Shown here one piece after another: positions 28,384 to 38,986 of a stretch of DNA of 64,000 nucleotides. Position numbers and translations under genes: made by a program. The notes below the pieces were generated by a model. That model worked only from the letters and a program-made list of their open reading frames with translations, ran no database searches and was not told where the DNA came from. Origin of the DNA: a bacterium (lineage in GTDB: Bacteria; UBA8248); contig OZ241326.1 of assembly GCA_965199855.1 (NCBI GenBank), positions 1,408,001 to 1,472,000 on the forward strand, in the 5' to 3' direction. Numbering within the stretch: position 1 is the first letter of the stretch; every line of letters begins with the position of its first letter.

Positions 28384-29442
28384 ATGCCTCTCACGCTGAA
28401 ATTCTCTCCACCGACCGCGCCGGGGTTCAGGGCGCTCGCCGCGGCGGCCTCGATGCTCCTCCTCGCGCCCGCCTCCCCCGTCTTCGCCGGGGAGCGGACG
28501 GCCTGCGCGGACGAGGGGCGCGTCCTGAAACTCGGCTTCTACGCCTTCTTCAGGCCCATCAGCTACAGCGCGGGGGAGGATCCGAAGTCCCCCGCCTTCA
28601 ACGAGCATCGGGGCTACGAGGCGGACCTGCTGAGCGCCCTCGAGGCCATGAAGGGCGTGGGGCTCTCGTTCGCCCGGCGGGGCATCGGGGCGTGGAAGAA
28701 CATCTGGCTGCGCCCGGCCGCCGGGGAATACGACCTGGTGGGCGGGGGCATCACCATTCTCGAATCCCGAACGCGCGACGCGGCGGGCGGGAAAGCCGTC
28801 GTCTTCACCTCGGGCCACGTAGCCTTCCGCCAGTCCCTTCTCGCGCGCGCGAAGGACGCTGGGCGGTTCGCCTCCCACAAGGATTTGGGCTCCGACGCGC
28901 GCGTGGGCGTCCTGGCGGGAACGACGGGAGAGGCGCGGCTGCTCCGGCTGACGAGCCTGACCGACGCCGCGGGCGCCCTGGCCGCCGGCGCCCGCGTTCA
29001 GACGCCGCGCGGCGAGGTGGTCGCCGACGGGAGCGCGAACTTCGTCATCACTTCCGGCAGGGCGTCGCCAAGCCTCGCCGGGAGGCGGTCGATCGCCCCG
29101 CCCGCCGAAACCATGCCCCGGGTCGTCTATCTCGGCTCCGAGAGCGGCGAGGCGGAGCTTCTCGCGGCGCTTCGGGAGCGCCGGGTGGACGCGGTGGCGC
29201 GGGGCGAAATCGGCAACCGGGACGCGGCCCACGCCTCCGGCGGGGCGTTCGCCGTCACGGCGCTCGACCCCGCCAGCGAGTATGGCGGCTTCTCGCTCGC
29301 CGCGAAGGACGCGGGGCTGGCCGCCTGCATCAGCGAGAAGATCGACTGGCTCACGGACGGCCGCCGCATCGGCTACCGGGAATGGCGCGCGGACGCTTCC
29401 GTCTTCATGCGCCGCGCCCGGGCGTGGAAGGGCGGAAAGTAA
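28384..29442 (+). CDS. Periplasmic substrate-binding protein (family 3, amino-acid type)
   Basis: Signal peptide; GYEADLL, YDLVGGGITILESR, VGVLAGTTGE. Confidence 0.75.
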   Translation: MPLTLKFSPPTAPGFRALAAAASMLLLAPASPVFAGERTACADEGRVLKLGFYAFFRPISYSAGEDPKSPAFNEHRGYEADLLSALEAMKGVGLSFARRGIGAWKNIWLRPAAGEYDLVGGGITILESRTRDAAGGKAVVFTSGHVAFRQSLLARAKDAGRFASHKDLGSDARVGVLAGTTGEARLLRLTSLTDAAGALAAGARVQTPRGEVVADGSANFVITSGRASPSLAGRRSIAPPAETMPRVVYLGSESGEAELLAALRERRVDAVARGEIGNRDAAHASGGAFAVTALDPASEYGGFSLAAKDAGLAACISEKIDWLTDGRRIGYREWRADASVFMRRARAWKGGK

Positions 29443-29506
29443 GAGGGGCGGCCTGTCGCCCTCAGCCGCCTCTTCGGCGCGTTCGTTCGACTGAAAGGAG
29501 GACGCC

Positions 29507-29881
29507 GTGATCTTCCAGCGATGGGACGAGATTCCCCGGGTGCGCGTCACCCACGCGAACATTCCCCCCGAGAGCGTCATCGAGCTCCAGATGATCGTGG
29601 GCGAGAACCAGACGCTCGCGCTGTGGACTTTCTCCGAAGGCTCCGAGGTCGCCGCCCACAGGCATCCCCACGAGCAGATGTCCTTCGTCCAGCGCGGCCG
29701 CTTTCTCTTTCGCGTCGAGGGGGAGGGGGAGCGCGAGGTGGGCGCGGGCGAGGTGGTGGTCTGCAAGTCGAACGTCGAACACTGGCTGAAGGCCCTGGAG
29801 GACGGCTCCCAGGATCTCCAGATTTTCAGCCCCCGCCGGGAGGATCTGCTCGAATACGAAGGCGCGTATATTCCGGCTTGA
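29507..29881 (+). CDS. Cupin domain protein
   Basis: HRHPHEQMSFV and SNVEHW cupin motifs, FSPRRED; AGGAGG RBS. Confidence 0.88.
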   Translation: MIFQRWDEIPRVRVTHANIPPESVIELQMIVGENQTLALWTFSEGSEVAAHRHPHEQMSFVQRGRFLFRVEGEGEREVGAGEVVVCKSNVEHWLKALEDGSQDLQIFSPRREDLLEYEGAYIPA

Positions 29882-30000
29882 AGGCGGCGCCTGTCGCCCT
29901 TTTCAGCATTCTTACCGCCGATTTCCATGTTGCTCGGATGGGGGAGGGCATTCCGGCCGCTCCGCGCGCGCCGGTGGTTCGCAAAAATATAGCGTTCCGT

Positions 30001-30028
30001 TTGACAGCGAATAATGCTAGCATATCTT
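30001..30028 (+). promoter_or_regulatory. Putative sigma70 promoter with palindromic operator for the TA operon
   Basis: TTGACA-16 nt-TATCTT, with the palindrome ATGCTAGCAT at 30014-30023 in the spacer. Confidence 0.55.
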
Positions 30029-30071
30029 TTGTTTGGCATGACGCTCGAACGCCGGGAGAGGAGATCATGCG

Positions 30072-30329
30072 ATGAGCACTACGGTTACAGTCCGCAAGGT
30101 GGATAAAGAGGACAAGGCCTGGCTTGAGCGCGAGGCGAGGCGTCTTGGCGTCTCGATGGAGGAGTTCGTCCGGCGCCTCATCCGGGAAAAGCGCGAAAAG
30201 GCGAAGGAGCGCGCGAAGCCCTCCGAGATATTCAAACGGCATTTCGGGCCTGAGGGCGGGATTGATTTGCCGCCCCGCGCCGGCTATGGCTATCAGCCGC
30301 TCGACCTGACCAGCGGGAAAGAGAGGTGA
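30072..30329 (+). CDS. Ribbon-helix-helix antitoxin (FitA/VapB-like)
   Basis: TVTVRKVD...LEREARRLGVSMEEFVRRLI; GTGA overlap with the PIN toxin gene. Confidence 0.82.
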   Translation: MSTTVTVRKVDKEDKAWLEREARRLGVSMEEFVRRLIREKREKAKERAKPSEIFKRHFGPEGGIDLPPRAGYGYQPLDLTSGKER

Positions 30330-30772
30330 GAGAAGCCCTCGCCTATCTCCTCGACGCCAATGTCGTATCGGAAATGATGCGGCGGAAACCGGAGCCCAGG
30401 GTCGCGGCGTTTCTCGACGCCGTTGTCGGAGAGGGACTCGCCCTCGCCTCCGTCACTGTTTGGGAGATACTCGACGGCATCGGGCGTCTCCCGCCAGGCC
30501 GACGGCGCGAGACTCTTGCCGGGCGATTTCAGGGCGTTCTCGAAGATTTGTTCGAGGATCGCGTGCTTGACTGGACTCTCGCCGACGCCCGGGCGTGCGC
30601 CCGCGTGATGGAGGGGAAGCGACGCAGGGGCGAACCTCTTGACGACCACCTGCTGGACGCCATGCTCGCCGGCGCGGCCCTCTCCCGGGGACTCGCCCTG
30701 CTCACGCGAAACCGGAGAGAGTTCCGCAACACCGGCGTCTCCGTCATCGACCCGTGGACGCGCGAACCATGA
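30326..30772 (+). CDS. vapC: PIN-domain toxin (VapC/FitB-like)
   Basis: YLLDANVVSE, DAMLAGAAL, LLTRN, VIDPW. Confidence 0.9.
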   Translation: MREALAYLLDANVVSEMMRRKPEPRVAAFLDAVVGEGLALASVTVWEILDGIGRLPPGRRRETLAGRFQGVLEDLFEDRVLDWTLADARACARVMEGKRRRGEPLDDHLLDAMLAGAALSRGLALLTRNRREFRNTGVSVIDPWTREP

Positions 30773-30942
30773 GGCGCCGAGCCGGGATATGGCAGAGGAG
30801 GAAATAAGGGAGGGCGACGGGCCTCTGCCAGGGTGGCGGGAACCGCTCCGCCGGGAAAGCGGCGCTTGCGCCCTCCTCCGCCGGGCGGTATTCTCCCCGG
30901 AAGCCGTAGTTCCATGAGGGATTTCCACAGGGAGGATTCGGG

Positions 30943-31383
30943 ATGAGCGGATGGAGAATCCGGCGGCTCCGCGCCGCCCTGCTTCTGGCGCTTCCGTGTT
31001 TTCTCGCCCTTGCCGGATATGAAGGGCGCGCGGAAGGCGCGGAGGCGAGGGTGTTCTTCATCGAGCCGAAGGACGGGGCGGTCGTCAAGGGCGCGGTGAA
31101 GGTCGTGATGGGCCTGGAGGGCATGACCATCAAGCCTTCGGGCAAGGTGGTGAAGGGCACGGGGCATCATCACGTTCTCGTCAACAGGGGCGCCATGCGG
31201 AAGGGCAAGGTGATTCCGACCGACAAGACGCACCTGCACTACGGCAAGGGGCAGACGGAAGCCTCCATCAAGCTCGCCCCCGGCGACTACAGGCTCACCA
31301 TGCAGTTCGCCGACGGCCTCCACCGCTCCTACGGGCCCCGGCTCTCGGCCACCATCCGGGTGAAGGTGCTGCCCGGCGAGTGA
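30943..31383 (+). CDS. DUF4399-type secreted protein
   Basis: Signal peptide; VFFIEPKDG, GHHHVLV, HLHYGKGQTE, LTMQFADGLH. Confidence 0.8.
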   Translation: MSGWRIRRLRAALLLALPCFLALAGYEGRAEGAEARVFFIEPKDGAVVKGAVKVVMGLEGMTIKPSGKVVKGTGHHHVLVNRGAMRKGKVIPTDKTHLHYGKGQTEASIKLAPGDYRLTMQFADGLHRSYGPRLSATIRVKVLPGE

Positions 31384-32625
31384 GGGGGCGCGGCGGGCGG
31401 CTCGGGGCCCTTCTTTCTCCGCAGGGCGTGGGCGGCTTCTCCCATCAAGATTGGCCATGTCAACACGTTCAGCGGCCCCCTCGCCGCCCTCGGAAAGCAG
31501 GGGCGCTGGGGGCTGATGGTCGCGGTCAACCGAATCAACAAGGCCGGCGGAATCAACGGCCGCAAGGTCGAGGTCGTCGAGCGCGATGACGCCTTCAAAC
31601 CCGCGCAGGCCGCGCGCGAGGTGGAAAAGCTGATCCTGAAAGAAAGAATCGACGCGCTGACGGGCACTTCCAGCAGCGGAATCTGCGTTCAGCTGGCGCC
31701 GGTGGTGAAGCGCTACAAGACCCTGTACGTGCTGGGCACCGGTTGCGAGACTACCAACCTGACGGGCGGCAAGGCGCCCGCCTGCCCGAAATACGCGTTC
31801 CGCCCCTACAACACGACGAAGAGCCAGGCGATCGCCATGGCGCCGTGGGCGATCAAGAACGGGATCAAGACCGCGACCGCCCTGTATATGGACTTCGCCT
31901 GGGGGCAGTCCGTCGCGTTCGACTTCCGCGACGAGTTCAAGCGGCTGGGCGGCAAGTGGATCGATCCCGTGCCCGTCCCCCTCAATACGGCGGACTACAT
32001 CGCCTACGTGAACCGGCTCTCGCGCGACGCCGACGCGATCGTGATGGGGATGTCGGGCGGGGCGGCGATCAAGTCGATGCTCGCCTTGGGCGATACGGGC
32101 CTCAACAGGAAGTCCAAAATCGTCGGGCCGGCGTCCGTGTGCGACGTGAACACCATCACCCAGCAGGGCAAAAGCGCCGTCGGCGGGTTCTATCTCCATC
32201 GCTATTCGCCGGTCCACGACCTCAAGGGGTCGCCGTTCGACAACGCCCCGAACCGTGCGTTCCGCAGGGAATTCATGGCGCTGAGCAAGGGCGCGCTGCC
32301 GAGCGGGTTCGCCCAGGCGCAGTTCACCGGGATGAACGTGATCAAACGGGCGATGGGGGCCGTCAAGGACCAGAGCAAGAAGGAGGACACGGTCCGGATG
32401 ATTCAGTGGCTCGAGGGCGGCGACACGCCCATGGGCCGGGGGCGGCTGTTCTCCCAGGGCGGCGATTTTCCGCAGGGCGATATCTACCTGCGCGGCTCCG
32501 ATCATCAGGGCTTCGTCGATTTCTACATGACGACCGTGGACGAGAATCTTCACTTCAGGATCATCGGCGGCAAGGTGCCGATGAAGACGACGCTCTACGA
32601 CCCCAAATTCAGCAGCTGCGCTTGA
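31384..32625 (+). pseudogene. Branched-chain amino acid ABC substrate-binding protein (LivK-like) lacking its start and most of its signal peptide
   Basis: Frame is open from 31384 (GGAAGGSGPFFLRRAWAASPIKIGHVNTFSGPLA); first ATG at 31516 lies inside the mature domain. Confidence 0.65.
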
Positions 32626-32651
32626 TCTTGCCGCGCGGGGAAGGGCTTCGC

Positions 32652-33407
32652 GTGTCCGGGTGCATTCTTGAAACGAAGTCTCTGACCAAGGCGTTCGGCG
32701 CGCTGGTCGCCGTTGACCACGTGGATTTTCGGTTGCCGAAAGGCCAGTTGCGCGCCGTCATCGGCCCGAACGGCGCGGGCAAGAGCGCGTTTTTCAGCAT
32801 GTTGATGGGCGCGCAGCGCCCGTCGAGCGGCGAGATACGCATTAACGGGGTCGAGACGTCCCGCATGAGGCCCCATAGAATCAGCCGGCTGGGCGTCAGC
32901 CTGGCCTTTCAGATCACCAACATATTTCCGAACCTTACGGTGAGGGACAATCTGCGCCTCGCCGCGCAGAACCGCGCCATGAGCTTCAATCCGTTCCGCA
33001 ATGCCGTCAGCCGTCGAAGCGTCGAGAAGAAGGTGGACGAGCCGCTCCATGAAATCGGGCTGGCCGGGAAGGGGGAGGAGCCGGCCTCCAGCCTCGCGCA
33101 TGGAGAGCAGAAATATCTGGAAATCGGCCTCGCGCTCGCCCTCTCGCCCGAACTGCTGCTCCTCGATGAGCCCACCGCCGGAATGAGCGCTGTCGAAACC
33201 GAGCGGACGGCCGGCCTGATCAAGCGGCTGTCCGAGAAGCTCAGCATCGTTCTCGTCGAGCACGACATGGAGGTGGTCATGGCCATCGCCGAGAAGATCA
33301 GCGTGTTTCACCAAGGCCGAATCATCGCGGAGGGGACTCCGGACGAGATAAAGAACGACGATGACGCGCAGCGCGTCTATCTGAGAACCTCCGATGCTGC
33401 GTCTTGA
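32652..33407 (+). CDS. livG: Branched-chain amino acid ABC transporter ATP-binding protein
   Basis: IGPNGAGKS, LAHGEQK, LLLDEPTAGMS, LVEHDM. Confidence 0.88.
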   Translation: MSGCILETKSLTKAFGALVAVDHVDFRLPKGQLRAVIGPNGAGKSAFFSMLMGAQRPSSGEIRINGVETSRMRPHRISRLGVSLAFQITNIFPNLTVRDNLRLAAQNRAMSFNPFRNAVSRRSVEKKVDEPLHEIGLAGKGEEPASSLAHGEQKYLEIGLALALSPELLLLDEPTAGMSAVETERTAGLIKRLSEKLSIVLVEHDMEVVMAIAEKISVFHQGRIIAEGTPDEIKNDDDAQRVYLRTSDAAS

Positions 33408-34106
33408 GGCCGTCCACTCGTATTACGACAAGAGCCACGTCCTGCAGGGGGTAAGCCTTGCGGTCGGAAAGGGCGAGACGGTCTCTCTGCTCGGGCGGAA
33501 CGGCGTGGGCAAATCGACCACCATGCGGACGATCATGGGCCTCACGCCGCCGCGCCGCGGTCAGGTCTTTTTCGAGGAGTGCGACGTCACCGGCGTCCCG
33601 CCCTACAGGGCGGCGGCCCTCGGCATCGGCTACGTGCCGAAAACCGACAGGTGTTCCCGAGGCTGTCCGTCGTGCAGAATCTGCGCATCGGCCTCGACCT
33701 GCTGAAATTGAGCGAGGGGGAGAAGCGGAGGAATCTGGACTCCGTATATGAATCGTTTCCCCGCTTGAGGGAGCGGGCGAATCAGGTCGGCTCGACCCTT
33801 TCGGGCGGAGAGCAGCAGATGCTCGCTCTGGCGCGGGCGATTGTCACCAAGCCGAAGCTCATCCTGCTTGATGAGCCGACCGAGGGCCTGATGCCGGCCA
33901 TGGTCGGCGAGATCGAGCAGATTATCCGGTGGATGAGCGAGGAGCTCGGCATCGCCATCCTCCTCGTCGAGCAGGATTATCGCCTCGCTCTGCGGGCGAG
34001 CGCGCGGTGCTACATCATGGCCAAGGGGCGGATCGTCCACAGCGGCGATTCGGGCGGCGTCCTGGCCGGCGCGGGGATTCTCCGCGAGTATCTGGGAGTC
34101 TCGTGA
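33394..34106 (+). pseudogene. livF: LivF-like ATP-binding protein with a 1-nt deletion near 33639
   Basis: LGRNGVGKST...IGYVP/ENRQVFP...LSGGEQQMLA split across two frames. Confidence 0.8.
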
Positions 34107-34990
34107 TGGAGCAGTTTCTCGAGCGCCTGATCATCGAATCCGTCATGGGACTCCAGAACGGCCTCGTGCTGGCGCTGGTCGCCGCGGGCTTCACCCTCAT
34201 CCTCGGCGTGATGAACATCGTCAATTTCGCGCACGGGGAGTTCTACATGGCCGGCGCGTTCGCCGGCTGGCTCGCGCTGAAGTTCGGAGGCGACGCGGTC
34301 GGCTTCTGGGGCGCGGCGGCTATCGCGGGAGTCGTCGTCGCCGCCTTCGGGTTCGCCGTCGAACGCAGCCTGTTCAGGACGACGCACGGGGGAAATCCGT
34401 TTATTCCGCTGCTGGTGTCGTTCGGGCTGGCGCTCGTGCCGCAGCAGGCGGCCCTGACCATTTTCGGCACCATCGGGAAGTTCATGCCCGCGCCGATCCG
34501 GGCCTCGATTCCTTTTTTCGACCTGGAATTCCCCCTGTACCGAATCGTCATCATGGGCGTCGCCGCGCTCATCATGCTCCTGCTCTGGCTGTTCATCACG
34601 CGGTCGAAATGGGGGGTGTGGATTCAGGCGACCACCCAGAACCGGGAAATGGCCGCCTGCATGGGCGTGCCGGTGCCCAGGGTGTAGCAGCTGGTCTTTT
34701 CGGTGGGGTGCGGGCTGGCCGCGATGAGCGGCGTCCTCGTCGCTCCGATATTCAGCGTCTCTTATTCCATGGGGGCGGACATCATCGTCGCCGCCTTCAT
34801 CGTCGTCGTCGTGGGCGGCCTCGGCAGCCTGCCGGGGACGATGCTCGCCGCCCTCCTGATCGGCGAGCTGGAGGCGATCGGCTCGATCTTCCTGTCCGGC
34901 TCCCAGCCGCAGATTCTCAGTCTCGTCGTCCTCATGGTGTTCCTGGTTTTCCGGCCCAACGGATTGATGGGCGAGAGAGGGCTTGAATGA
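34106..34990 (+). pseudogene. livH: LivH-like permease with an internal TAG at 34685-34687
   Basis: GVMNIVNFAHGEFYM...PVPRV*QLVFSVG...VVVVGGLGSLPG in one frame. Confidence 0.8.
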
Positions 34991-36120
34991 TCGCCCTCGC
35001 GCTTCGGGTGGGGGTTCCGGTCGCCGCCCTGATCGGGGTGGCCTTCTGGCTTCTGCCCGCGTCGGCGGCGTCGCGGCTGCTCGCCGCGCTCGCTTCGCTG
35101 CCGCTCATCGTATGGGGTCTGGCGAGGATGCCCGACCGGATGAAGATCGCCGTTCAGCCGTTCTTCGGCGTCCGGTATGCCGCCCCCGCCGTCTTCGCCG
35201 TCGGGCTGAGCCTGCCTCTTTGGGCCGGCGACTTCGAGCAGCGGTTTTTCAGCGAGATGCTCATCCTGGGCCTGCTGGCCATGAGCCTCGACGTCATGAT
35301 GGGCTTCGTCGGGCTCGCCAGCTTCGCCCACGCCGCCCTGGCGGGCGTGGCGGCCTACGCCGCCGCGATCATGCTGACCCGGTTCGGATGGAGCCCCTGG
35401 GCGGCGATTGCGTTCGCCCTCGCCGCGGGGACGGCGCTCACGACCTGCATAGGGGCGTTCTCCGTCCGCGCGCGAGACATCTACTTCGGCATCATCACGC
35501 TGGTTTTCGGCAGCGTCGCCTTCATCGTGGCGAACTCTTGGGTCTCCGTGACCAACGGCGAGGACGGCATGACGATCGAGCCTCCCGCGCTCGATTTCTT
35601 CGGCCTGTTCGCGGTCGATAGCGGCTCGTTCGCTCATTTCTGGTATCTGACTTTCGGCGTCGTGTTCCTTTCCTACCTGTGTCTGCGGGTTTTTCTCCGC
35701 TCGCCCGTCGGTCTCGTGTTCCGGGGCATTCGGGAAAACGAGCGGCGCGCCGCCTATCTGGGCTACAGCGTCAACGCCTACAAGATATTCAACACGGCCG
35801 TTTCCGGCTTCTTCACCTCGATGGCGGGGGCGCTGCTGTTGCTGAAGAACGGCATCATCGGCACGGAGCAGATGGACGTCATCCACTCCGGCGAGGTGGT
35901 GATCTGGTCGGTCGTCGGCGGGCTGGGAACCCTTGTCGGCCCCTTCATCGGCGCGAGCTTCGTCCACGTCCTCAACGATTTTCTGGGCGAGCATACCGAG
36001 CGGGCAATTCTGATCATCGGCCTGTTTTTCATCATCACGATACTACTGGCTCCGAGGGGCATCGTCGGCTCGATCATCCAGGTGTGGCGGATTCGGAAAT
36101 CGACCGGGGAGGGGCGGTGA
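34987..36120 (+). CDS. livM: Branched-chain amino acid ABC permease
   Basis: GLASFAHAAL, YFGIITL, GIRENERRA, VVGGLGTLVGP. Confidence 0.88.
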   Translation: MIALALRVGVPVAALIGVAFWLLPASAASRLLAALASLPLIVWGLARMPDRMKIAVQPFFGVRYAAPAVFAVGLSLPLWAGDFEQRFFSEMLILGLLAMSLDVMMGFVGLASFAHAALAGVAAYAAAIMLTRFGWSPWAAIAFALAAGTALTTCIGAFSVRARDIYFGIITLVFGSVAFIVANSWVSVTNGEDGMTIEPPALDFFGLFAVDSGSFAHFWYLTFGVVFLSYLCLRVFLRSPVGLVFRGIRENERRAAYLGYSVNAYKIFNTAVSGFFTSMAGALLLLKNGIIGTEQMDVIHSGEVVIWSVVGGLGTLVGPFIGASFVHVLNDFLGEHTERAILIIGLFFIITILLAPRGIVGSIIQVWRIRKSTGEGR

Positions 36121-36225
36121 CCGTGCGGCTCGCCCACGCCCTTCTCCGCCCCGCAGACGAAGCCTCTCGACCATCGCCGGGCGAAGGCGCCGCCCAGGCG
36201 GCCCTCTCCCCTGGCTTTTCCCGAC

Positions 36226-36515
36226 CCGCGCATTTGCCCGCATTTGCGCCTGGGCGAGACGCGCGGGAGAAGTTATATTCCGGGCGTCGTTCGTTCGGCG
36301 CTTGATTCCGTTGGCGCTTCCTTCTTGAAGGGGTGGAAAAGATGACGCGGCTTCTTCGGGGCATGGAGGCGTTCGGGGCGGGCGTCCGGCGCGCCTCACG
36401 CCCCGGGGGAGCGGGAAATTCGATAAATATATGCAAAAGATGAACATGCGCAAAAACCGACAAATTCAAAGCTTTTTCCAACAAATTCCCAACCTTTTCC
36501 GACCCTTTTTAAGAC
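36226..36515. repeat. Dispersed intergenic element, copy C (halves in opposite orientation)
   Basis: Minus-strand CCGGAATATAAC...GCAAATGCGGGCAAATGCGC (36226-36283) and plus-strand ACAAATTCCCAACCTTTTCCGACCCTTTT tract (~36455-36515). Confidence 0.55.
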
Positions 36516-36698
36516 CGATACGCCTTGTTTTCACGACGGGAAAGTCGCCGTCCGGAGCCGCTCTCTCCTCCGCGCAGTTTCATAACTCATTGTTTTGTAT
36601 GGAAAAATAACGGCTCTCCCTCGCCTCCGGGCGTCCCGCCCCGGCGCGTTCGACCTGTGATAGACTCTCTGAACGTTTTTTCGGAGGATCGCGCCGTG

Positions 36699-37508
36699 AT
36701 GCTCGAGGGCAGGAAGATCATCGTGACGGGAGGGGGCAGCGGCATCGGCCGCGCCGCGTGCGTCCTGGCCGCCGCCGAAGGCACCGACGTCGCCGTGGCC
36801 GACATCGACCCGGAAACCGCCGCCTCAACGGCCGCCATGGTGGAGGAGAAAGGCGCGAGGGCGATCCCGATAGAGATGGACGCCTCGAAGAAGGCCGACG
36901 CCGGGCGCATGGCGGCGGAGGCGGTCCGCGCCTTCGGGACGATAGACGGCCTCGTTTGCTGCGCGATCAAGCTCGTGCCGGGGAGACTGGAAGATTTGCC
37001 CGAAGCGGACTGGGACATGGTGATGGACACCGGGCTGAAGGGCTATTTCCTCTGCGCCCAGGCGGCGGGGCGGGTGATGCTGGAGAAGGGAGCGGGCTCC
37101 ATCGTCTTCGTATCCTCGATAGGCGGGATGCAGACCTACCCCCTGGCGGGTGCCTACAGCGTCTGCAAGGCGGGGGCCATCATGCTGGCCAGGCTCTTCG
37201 GCGTGGAATGGGGCGGGCGCGGCGTTCGCGCGAACGCCGTCTCCCCGGGCCAGACGCGCACCCCGATGACGGAAGCCATGTTTCAGGACCCCGAGATCGC
37301 GGCGGGGCGCGCCGCCGTGGTGCCGATGGGCCGCGTGGCGGCGCCCGAGGATATCGCGCAGGGCTGCGTGTTTCTGCTCTCGGACAGGGCGGGATACATC
37401 ACGGCGGCGAACCTGCCCATCGACGGCGGACAGGTGGAGAGCAAGATGATCCACACCCCCGGGCGGAGCTGGGGCGGCAGGGAGATAGCCTACAGGGGGG
37501 CTTCATAG
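36699..37508 (+). CDS. Short-chain dehydrogenase/reductase
   Basis: TGGGSGIG, YSVCK (YxxxK), NAVSPG. Confidence 0.92.
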   Translation: MLEGRKIIVTGGGSGIGRAACVLAAAEGTDVAVADIDPETAASTAAMVEEKGARAIPIEMDASKKADAGRMAAEAVRAFGTIDGLVCCAIKLVPGRLEDLPEADWDMVMDTGLKGYFLCAQAAGRVMLEKGAGSIVFVSSIGGMQTYPLAGAYSVCKAGAIMLARLFGVEWGGRGVRANAVSPGQTRTPMTEAMFQDPEIAAGRAAVVPMGRVAAPEDIAQGCVFLLSDRAGYITAANLPIDGGQVESKMIHTPGRSWGGREIAYRGAS

Positions 37509-37573
37509 GGCGAGGACGCGCGAGGGCGGAACCCGGCCCGCGAGAGGGCTGGACGGGGAGAAGGAGAGCGGGC

Positions 37574-38353
37574 ATGGGCCGTTTCGATGGCGCCGTCTGC
37601 ATCGTGGCGGGAGGCGCCCGGGGCATCGGCGCCAAGACGTGTGAAATGTACGTGGAGCAGGGAGGCCGCGTCCTCATCGGGGACGTGAACGAGGCGCTGG
37701 GCGTCGAGCTGGAGGACAGGCTCGGCAAGGAGAGAGCGGCGTTTCAGAGACTCGACGTGACGGATGAGGCGTCCTGCCGGGCGGCGGTGGAGCGCGCGGC
37801 GGGCGAGTTCGGCGGCCTGGACCATCTGGTGAACTGCGCCGTCAGGATGCAGCCCGCCCCCTTGGTCGATTTGCCTCTGGCGAGCTGGAAGCTGGTGCTG
37901 GACGTTGGTCTTACGGGCATGTTTCTGATGTGTCAGGCGGCGGGCCGCTGGCTGATGGAGAACGGGAGGCCGGGCGTCATCGTGAACCTGTCCTCGAACG
38001 CGGGCGTTCAGCCCTACGGCATGTCGGGGGCCTACAGCACGGCGAAGGCGGGCATCATCATGCTCTCCAAGCAGCTGGGCATCGAATGGGCGCGCAAGGG
38101 AATTCGCGTGAACGCCGTGTGTCCCGGCCACACGGAGACGCCGCTGACGGCCTATCTGCAGGATCCCGAAATCAAGAAGGGCAGAAGCGACGTGACGCCT
38201 CTGGGCCGCGTGGGCCAGCCGGTGGATGTAGCGCGCGGCGTCCTGTTTCTGCTCTCGGAGGAATCCGACTGGATTACGGCTTCGCGCCTCGACATCGACG
38301 GCGGCATCCTGAGCAGCGTCTATAATCACATGCCGGGCAGGAAGTGGGACTGA
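37574..38353 (+). CDS. Short-chain dehydrogenase/reductase
   Basis: AGGARGIG, YSTAK, NAVCPG; AAGGAG RBS. Confidence 0.92.
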   Translation: MGRFDGAVCIVAGGARGIGAKTCEMYVEQGGRVLIGDVNEALGVELEDRLGKERAAFQRLDVTDEASCRAAVERAAGEFGGLDHLVNCAVRMQPAPLVDLPLASWKLVLDVGLTGMFLMCQAAGRWLMENGRPGVIVNLSSNAGVQPYGMSGAYSTAKAGIIMLSKQLGIEWARKGIRVNAVCPGHTETPLTAYLQDPEIKKGRSDVTPLGRVGQPVDVARGVLFLLSEESDWITASRLDIDGGILSSVYNHMPGRKWD

Positions 38354-38628
38354 AGCGGGCGATTGAGAAACGGGGCGCGCCCTGCTAGGCTTTTTCCATT
38401 GCTTCGACCGCCCGAGGCGAGGCCGCGCGTGAAAACGGCGCCGCATCCGGTTCGCTCCCTCCCCCGTCTCCCGCTTGCCGCCGGGGGCCGCGGCCCCTGG
38501 CCTCTCGGGCGCGGAGGCGGGCCGCTTCGATCTTCTCGGCCCGGGGCGGATGCCGAGCCTCCCGCTCTTTCTTCCGGGGATGGCGTCCCGTCGCCGGGTT
38601 CTCCCTCATCTCACAAGGAGTTTCTCGC

Positions 38629-38910
38629 ATGAAAAAATTCGCCTTTCTCGCCGCTTCGATTCTGATGACGCCCGCCATGGCCTTCGCGAACGGGGAGCCT
38701 CGCATGGGAATCGGCGCGGGCCTCGTTCTCTCCGTCGTCTATGGCCTGGTCGGCATCGTTCTGCTGATGATCGGCTACAAGATTTTCGAGTGGATCACGC
38801 CGTTCTCGGTGAACGACGCGCTCTCCAAGGATCAGAACCGGGCGGTGGGAATCGTGGTGGGGGCGATATTCCTCGGCGTGGCGCTCATCGTGGCGGCGGC
38901 GCTGGGATAG
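38629..38910 (+). CDS. DUF350-type small membrane protein
   Basis: IFEWITPFSVNDALSKDQNRAVGIVVGAIFLG pattern; AAGGAG RBS. Confidence 0.75.
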   Translation: MKKFAFLAASILMTPAMAFANGEPRMGIGAGLVLSVVYGLVGIVLLMIGYKIFEWITPFSVNDALSKDQNRAVGIVVGAIFLGVALIVAAALG

Positions 38911-38986
38911 TGAACCCGCGCCTCGCCGCTCTTCTCGCCTCCCGAACCGGAAGCATGCGGACGAGCGGCCGCGGGGCGGACGCGGC

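Noticed and set aside
31381-31383. TGA between DUF4399 and the LivK-like frame as Sec
   Set aside because: It falls at the natural DUF4399 C-terminus; no Cys-equivalent position and no convincing hairpin.
26099-31383. Intact genomic island integrated at tRNA-Leu
   Set aside because: No integrase and no duplicated tRNA 3' end found; genes after 27089 have host-like composition.
34685-34687. TAG in livH as pyrrolysine or recoding
   Set aside because: The position fits Tyr (TAC/TAT to TAG); neighbouring genes are also broken; no pyl genes seen.
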